The translations under genes were made by a program, and so were the position numbers. DNA of 20,782 nucleotides. Source: Alphaproteobacteria bacterium. GTDB lineage: Bacteria > Pseudomonadota > Alphaproteobacteria > Rs-D84. The notes under the pieces are model-generated. The model did not search any database. It saw only the letters and a program-made list of their open reading frames with translations, and had not been told where the DNA came from. Positions 15,393 to 20,782 of this stretch are shown piece after piece (positions within the stretch are counted from its first letter, which is position 1; every line of letters begins with the position of its first letter). Location: assembly GCA_031549365.1 (NCBI GenBank), contig JAVBPX010000012.1, positions 1 through 20,782 on the forward strand, given 5' to 3'.

Positions 15393-17657
15393 TTAAAATT
15401 GGGTTTCGAACGAGAGGAGAAATAACTGCTCCCTATCATAATCTTCTTTCGTAATCGGGAATCCCCATGAAAAATTCATTGGTCCCATCGGCGTTTTCCA
15501 ATATACACCCAAACCAACCGATTGACGCAATCTGTCGGAATACAAATTATCAATTCCTGCATATTCCATATCTGATGACGGCGGTTCACCCAAAACTCCA
15601 TAATCATAAAAAACAAATCCTTTAAACTGATATTCATCTGGAATAAATACAGGAAAATTCAATTGGAAAGTTCCGTTAATTTTCCACAATCCACCCAAAG
15701 CATAATCTTGATTTGCCCACAATCTAGCACCAACACCGGCAACTTCAAATCCGCGTAAACTTTCGCCACCCAAAAAGTATCTATAAACCCTGCTAACATA
15801 ATCATCGGAACCCAATGGATCCATTAATCCTGCATTAAATTCAGCTTTTAACTGCCAACGATTATCCCAAAAATTCAACATACCAGTAATTCCAAAATCA
15901 TATTTCATATACGATTCCGTCCCACCAAATCCGGTATACCCGATGTTGATCGTGGATACAACTCCTGTATGCGTATTTTGCACAAAATCCGTATCCAAAT
16001 TATAATATTTGAACTGTGTGGATAACGTATACAATTCCGCAGGCACCCACCCTGTATAAATATTATAATTCTTGTCCCACATAGCATTCATTCGCAACGA
16101 TTGATACCAATGATCTGTCAAATCCCAACCCAAACGACCCGTAACACCGAACGTATCACGATCATATTTATACGAACCCAACGACATATAATCATACGTT
16201 GTATACGAAACATCGATTCCGCCCATCAAAGATCGTCCAAACATATACGGCTCTGTAAAACTAAACGCATATTGTGTCTGGTATTCCGCCAATACGGCAC
16301 GCAAAGACACAATCTGACCACGTCCCATAAAATTCTTTTCGGTAATACCTGCATCAAACATAATTCCATTAATGTTTGACCAACCAATACCACCGGACAA
16401 TTCGCCTGTTGGCTGTTCTTCTACCTTGACATCCAAATTAATTAAATTTGTTCCCTCTAATCTGGACGGCGTCATTTCCACAGTTTTAAAATATTGCGTT
16501 CTCATCAATCTTTGTCGTCCAATTTCTGCCCCTTGCAATGAAAAAGGATCTTTTTCCTGCATCTTCATATTTCGCTCAATCACATAATCAAACGTGCGTA
16601 AATTCCCAGTAATGTTCAAAGCATTAATGTACATCCGATGTGTTTTTTGAATATCGAAAACCAAATCGATTGTGCGTGTATTATCGTGCTTTTCGGGCAT
16701 AACATCGACTTTTACAAACGAATATCCTGAATCTGAAACTTTTTCTCTCAACTTGCTAACAGATTTTTCAACTTCATCCACATTGTAATAATCACCCTTA
16801 TCGACAGTAATTACATCAAATACATCTTTGTCTTTCACATCAGGAAAAGGATTTTTAACTTCAACATTTCCCAACTTATAACGCGGCCCTTCTTCGACAA
16901 TAATTTTGATTGAATAGCTTGCGCGATTTTCGGAAAAGAACCCTTCCGCTTTTTTAATCTGAAAATCAACATACCCATTCTTTAAATAATGCTGACGTAA
17001 TAATTGTTGATCATACATAATGCGATCTTCGTCATAAACGTCAAACGATGTCATGATTTTCCACCAAGCAGTTTCACGGGATAAAATCACACCGCGCAAA
17101 ACAGAATCTGAAAAAATATGATTTCCCTCAAACTCAATTTTATCAATCATTGTCGGCCTACCCTCATTAATTTCATAAACAACATTAACGCGGTTTTCTA
17201 ATAATTGAATCTTCTTTGGTCGAACAACAGTTTCGAAATACCCCTGACGTTGATATAACGTTAAAATTCTCTGAACATCGGCCCCAATTGTGGCTGTATT
17301 GTATGATTGGCGTGCGCCTAAACGAATCTCTTTTTTCAAATCATCTGTTGAAATCGCGTCATTTCCCTCGACCGTAACCATATTCACAGTGGCGGTTTCC
17401 TGAATTTTCACATTAACAACCGACCCATCCAACGAAACCTTAACATCTGAAAATAATTCTGTCTGTTGTAATTTTTTAACACCTGCATTCATGGTCGCGG
17501 ACGACACATCATCACCAACCTTGAACGGCAACATCAACCGCACAGATTCGTCATCCATCCTCTGATTTCCATCAACATTAATCTTGGAAATAACTGTCGC
17601 CCCAGCAATACTGGGCAACAAGGATAAAAATAAAAAAGCAACTGCAATCCTTCTCAT
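15393..17657 (-). CDS. bamA: Outer-membrane protein assembly factor BamA
   Basis: Signal peptide, five POTRA-like repeats (GNQR, GNDA, GNHI, GNV, GNLRT), VEEQPTG, NFMGRGQ, SFTEPY, LRGF loop, TPMGPM, terminal F. Confidence 0.97.
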   Translation of the reverse strand: MRRIAVAFLFLSLLPSIAGATVISKINVDGNQRMDDESVRLMLPFKVGDDVSSATMNAGVKKLQQTELFSDVKVSLDGSVVNVKIQETATVNMVTVEGNDAISTDDLKKEIRLGARQSYNTATIGADVQRILTLYQRQGYFETVVRPKKIQLLENRVNVVYEINEGRPTMIDKIEFEGNHIFSDSVLRGVILSRETAWWKIMTSFDVYDEDRIMYDQQLLRQHYLKNGYVDFQIKKAEGFFSENRASYSIKIIVEEGPRYKLGNVEVKNPFPDVKDKDVFDVITVDKGDYYNVDEVEKSVSKLREKVSDSGYSFVKVDVMPEKHDNTRTIDLVFDIQKTHRMYINALNITGNLRTFDYVIERNMKMQEKDPFSLQGAEIGRQRLMRTQYFKTVEMTPSRLEGTNLINLDVKVEEQPTGELSGGIGWSNINGIMFDAGITEKNFMGRGQIVSLRAVLAEYQTQYAFSFTEPYMFGRSLMGGIDVSYTTYDYMSLGSYKYDRDTFGVTGRLGWDLTDHWYQSLRMNAMWDKNYNIYTGWVPAELYTLSTQFKYYNLDTDFVQNTHTGVVSTINIGYTGFGGTESYMKYDFGITGMLNFWDNRWQLKAEFNAGLMDPLGSDDYVSRVYRYFLGGESLRGFEVAGVGARLWANQDYALGGLWKINGTFQLNFPVFIPDEYQFKGFVFYDYGVLGEPPSSDMEYAGIDNLYSDRLRQSVGLGVYWKTPMGPMNFSWGFPITKEDYDREQLFLLSFETQF

Positions 17658-17808
17658 AACTCCGCTATTCTAAACAGTTTAATTCCAAAAACCAAGCTAT
17701 AATTTAAAAAAATTTTTATCACTAAAAAACAGACAAATCAAACCTGTTCCATCCAACATACCAACATTTTATTTTCCATCCGTTCACCCATCTGAAACCC
17801 AACTCCCA

Positions 17809-17950
17809 ATATCTATTATTTATAATTACAACGCCCATCGCCAATATTTATCATTTATAATTCCAGAGCCAAACCACAAAAATCTCTTGCTTATAACTCC
17901 AGAACCCATATCCAAACATCTCTTATTCATAATTCCAACATTTTATTTTG
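17809..17950. repeat. Degenerate ~36-bp tandem repeat (4 units)
   Basis: T(T/C)ATAA(T/C)T(C/A)CA cores at 17820, 17855, 17891 and 17927 (spacing 35, 36, 36). Confidence 0.65.
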
Positions 17951-17955
17951 CACCA

Positions 17956-17986
17956 CAAAATAAAATGCCCCGACAATCGTCGGGCA
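17956..17986 (-). terminator. Intrinsic terminator downstream of the regulator operon
   Basis: Minus strand cccgac-gatt-gtcggg followed by gcattttattttg; overlaps a 12-bp AT-rich hairpin at 17939-17967. Confidence 0.55.
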
Positions 17987-18122
17987 ATAAATCAAAAACT
18001 GCAAAAAACCAATATGCCCTGGTCCAATGTGTTGACTGGTCAGAATTATTTTATTTTTTGGCCGCACGCCATCGCATCGATTAAATCGTGTCAGAATTAT
18101 CCTGTTTTCAAGAGCGTGATTA

Positions 18123-18476
18123 TCACACAACTTCCACGTTGAATGCTTTCGCAAACTCCCCTACCGTCATCTCTTGTATCGGCTTCTGGCTGACGGTCTT
18201 ATACTTCTCAATATCGGAAAAATCTTTTTTGTATTTTTCAACAGACTTGGCAACACTGCTTTTAAATCCCAATTCCACCGCGGACGCATCAACATTTGGA
18301 ATTTTTACAACTTCATCACCCAAACGAACTAATACTTCCAACACATCGGCTGCAAACTGACGACCAACATAATTTTCTTCGGCGATTCCACCCTTTTGAA
18401 CACGAATCATTGCCATAACACGCAACATTTCTTCGTAAAAATTGGATAACGCAACAAAACGTTTTAAATGTTCCAT
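18123..18476 (-). CDS. Hypothetical protein (117 aa)
   Basis: TAATG overlap with the upstream ORF; protein-like composition. Confidence 0.75.
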   Translation of the reverse strand: MEHLKRFVALSNFYEEMLRVMAMIRVQKGGIAEENYVGRQFAADVLEVLVRLGDEVVKIPNVDASAVELGFKSSVAKSVEKYKKDFSDIEKYKTVSQKPIQEMTVGEFAKAFNVEVV

Positions 18477-19195
18477 TAAAATACCCCCAATTCGGATGTG
18501 TTTGCAATATCTTCGGACGGACCGATTCCAACCATCGTAACCAACGCGCGCACTTTAACCAACAAATCCTGCCCAGCATCACCAAACATAGGCAAATATG
18601 TTTCAAATTCTGGCAAATCCGCCTGAACCTCTGCTCGCAACCTATCTGATTGCGGTGTTGCAATATATTCTTGGGCCTTGTACCACAAACGCACGGCATT
18701 GTGTAATTTTTCAGCCAACTTTAATTTTTCCAAAACAACTTCCTGATATGAACCTTCATTCATATCCATAATTGCACGTAATTGTTGCGGCCAATCCTCA
18801 CCCAATTTTTTAATTGACGAATTTTTTTCCAAATTTTCCAAGCCGGACACATCTGGATTAAATTCCATCAAATCTTTAACAATTGAATCAATTTCTGATT
18901 TTGATAATTTAACACTAATTTCTTTTGCCAAAACTCTGTCATCAACCATCAAACCGCCATATGGCTGTAATTCCGGATCAATAGAATCCATCTTGGTTTT
19001 CCCAGATTTTAAATTGGAAATATGCTCGATAATTTTTTTACCATTCGCCAATTCTGTTAATTCTTCTAAAACATCCTTGGTGGCTTCTTTTAAAAATATT
19101 GGATTTATTACAGCAAACCCACCGTTAATAACGTGGGCTTGCCTGTATAAATTAACCAACCTTTGCGCAATCACATGTGGTTTTTCTGCTACCAT
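18476..19195 (-). CDS. Hypothetical protein (239 aa, likely alpha-helical)
   Basis: GAGGGAG RBS; long ORF in an operon with the regulator; no motif recognised. Confidence 0.85.
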   Translation of the reverse strand: MVAEKPHVIAQRLVNLYRQAHVINGGFAVINPIFLKEATKDVLEELTELANGKKIIEHISNLKSGKTKMDSIDPELQPYGGLMVDDRVLAKEISVKLSKSEIDSIVKDLMEFNPDVSGLENLEKNSSIKKLGEDWPQQLRAIMDMNEGSYQEVVLEKLKLAEKLHNAVRLWYKAQEYIATPQSDRLRAEVQADLPEFETYLPMFGDAGQDLLVKVRALVTMVGIGPSEDIANTSELGVF

Positions 19196-19224
19196 AATAA
19201 ATTCTCCCTCGTGCCTCCAAATTA

Positions 19225-20286
19225 TTAATCCATGGCGATCTGAACAACCTTGTGTAAACGCCCAGTCTTTTTTAAATCCAACGGAATTTTTTCATCCGGA
19301 TTAAATAAAACACCGAACAATTTTCCATCAATGTCTTCGCGCACAGAAACAATTTGTGCAGTTGTTTTTTGATCAACTTTTAATTTTGAAAAATCCTCAT
19401 TGAATAATACAGCCAAATCTCCGGGTTGCACAACAGCTTCTGTATCAATGAATAAATATGAACGTTGTGGCAAAACATTGTTCAACCGACGGGCAACAGG
19501 AATAATTGCATAAACATCACCACGTCCCTCTAATGAACTCGGCGCAACAACCATTTTTTCTTCGGATTTTTTAAAATTAATAACTTTATCGCCCGGCATT
19601 CCAAATATTGGCACTAATTTTTTGCGTGTTAATTCGTAAATTTTCGCACCATATAACGAACCCGACAAATTGATGCCATTCATAGGCGACCCAGGAATCA
19701 ATACGGATTGAACTTTTTCTTCTGATTTATCAATCAATCCTTTTAATTTTCCGCCTTCATACAATTCGTAAATTTCTTTAACCAAAACTTCTGGCTGACG
19801 GTTCACAGCCTTTGCCAAACGCTCTAATTCATCCTCGTAAACATCACGCTGGCCAACTTCAATACGATGATAAACGGACAAAGTCAATTTTGCATCTTTC
19901 GCTGCTTTTGCAATTGTCTTGTGCTCTTTTTTACGAATATAACGCAATCCGGAACCAAATATTTTTAACCCAGCCGATTCATTTTCAACAACACGACGTT
20001 GCATTTCACCTTTCCAAGTATCAGCAATATCCTTGTCATCTTCTTTAATGAAAACATCCGCCAACTTGCAATCTAAAATTTCACATAATGATAACAATTG
20101 CTTTTGATTCATTCTGCGATATCCTTTTTCGATTTTCGACATCGCGGATAATGACAAGCCCGTATGTTTCGCAACAGGCGTCATCTTGATACCCTTTGCC
20201 ATACGAATTTTTCTTATATTATTGGGAAAACAAATTTCTTCCATAGCCATAGCCAACTCCTTAATTAATGGGACTTTTTCAACCAT
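19225..20286 (-). CDS. Transcriptional regulator with two XRE-type HTH domains and a degenerate S24-like C-terminal domain
   Basis: HTH1 NNIRKIRMAKGIKMTPVAKHTGLSLSAMSKIEKG; HTH2 GLRYIRKKEHKTIAKAAKDAKLTLSVYHRIEVG; C-terminal YAI..LFID..VQPGDLAV..NP pattern. Confidence 0.88.
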   Translation of the reverse strand: MVEKVPLIKELAMAMEEICFPNNIRKIRMAKGIKMTPVAKHTGLSLSAMSKIEKGYRRMNQKQLLSLCEILDCKLADVFIKEDDKDIADTWKGEMQRRVVENESAGLKIFGSGLRYIRKKEHKTIAKAAKDAKLTLSVYHRIEVGQRDVYEDELERLAKAVNRQPEVLVKEIYELYEGGKLKGLIDKSEEKVQSVLIPGSPMNGINLSGSLYGAKIYELTRKKLVPIFGMPGDKVINFKKSEEKMVVAPSSLEGRGDVYAIIPVARRLNNVLPQRSYLFIDTEAVVQPGDLAVLFNEDFSKLKVDQKTTAQIVSVREDIDGKLFGVLFNPDEKIPLDLKKTGRLHKVVQIAMD

Positions 20287-20302
20287 GCGCTTTCATGGCT
20301 TT

Positions 20303-20356
20303 TGTCCAGTTTTTCAAACTTGACAGTATTATAGACAACATTTTCCAAACTTTCAA
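20303..20356 (-). promoter_or_regulatory. sigma70 promoter with downstream palindromic operator candidate
   Basis: TTGAAA (20356-20351), 17 nt, TATAAT (20333-20328); inverted repeat tgtc-a-agttt-gaa-aaact-g-gaca (20325-20303). Confidence 0.65.
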
Positions 20357-20381
20357 GCACTTTCAAAAAATAAAAATAATT

Positions 20382-20782
20382 GTCATCCTGAACTTGTTTC
20401 AAGACCTTTTATTACGTCATTGCGAGCGCAGCGCGGCAATCTTTATCTCGGCGAAACAACGTGCAGACGGATCATTGCAATTAAAACCCGACAATTATTT
20501 GTCGTGGTTGAGTGGTGCGGGGGAAAATAAAAACACTACCCATCTCGCCCCAACGGGGAGAGATCATAAAACATATGATCTTCGATCATCATGTTTTATA
20601 GAGAGGGGGAAATAAAAACAATAACCACAATTAAACCATCCCAAACCCTTGGTCATCCGTATCGCATAGCCGAGAGGATCCAGTAAAAAACCATTGCAAC
20701 GCAATGTATATAGATCACAACAATATTAAAAACCTCGCCCCTGGTGGGCGAGGCAACAAAACCCGACAATTATTTGTCGTGG
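20382..20782 (+). repeat. REP-like composite mosaic (~275 bp unit), truncated at window end
   Basis: Same modules and linkers as 8805-9336 and 1-139; cccgacaattatttgtcg at 20487 and 20762; extra GTCATCCTGAACTTGTTTCAAGACCT unit at 20382. Confidence 0.92.

Noticed and set aside
17809-17950. CRISPR array
   Set aside because: The 36-bp period leaves no room for spacers, the units are degenerate, and there are no cas genes. The REP mosaics have conserved linkers, not unique spacers.
2764-20048. Numerous short overlapping or antisense ORFs in the track
   Set aside because: Shadows of well-supported minus-strand genes, without motifs or RBS.

Overview
AT-rich bacterial chromosome segment. The gene set and order suggest a reduced alphaproteobacterium (inference). 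Almost all genes are on the - strand and most serve cell-envelope biogenesis: olsB-olsA (ornithine lipid), lptF-lptD-surA, an outer-membrane beta-barrel protein, DUF374-lpxK-lpxL-lpxC plus a lipoprotein, bamA, and a tandem-HTH regulator operon. The left 2.6 kb is an accessory zone anchored on tRNA-Asn(GTT), with duplicated tRNA 3' ends and small exported-protein genes. The most unusual content is non-coding, with three distinct structured repeat families. (1) A ~125-130 bp palindrome whose stems change sequence but keep pairing, and whose end overlaps gene stop codons (RPE-like core). (2) An ~80-115 bp GAAACCGACCCC...CGGTNGTTACCGA motif in three copies. (3) Composite REP-like mosaics at both window ends and at 8.7-9.3 kb. 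No cognate transposase, integrase or nuclease is visible in the window. All calls come from reading motifs by eye; no database searches were run.
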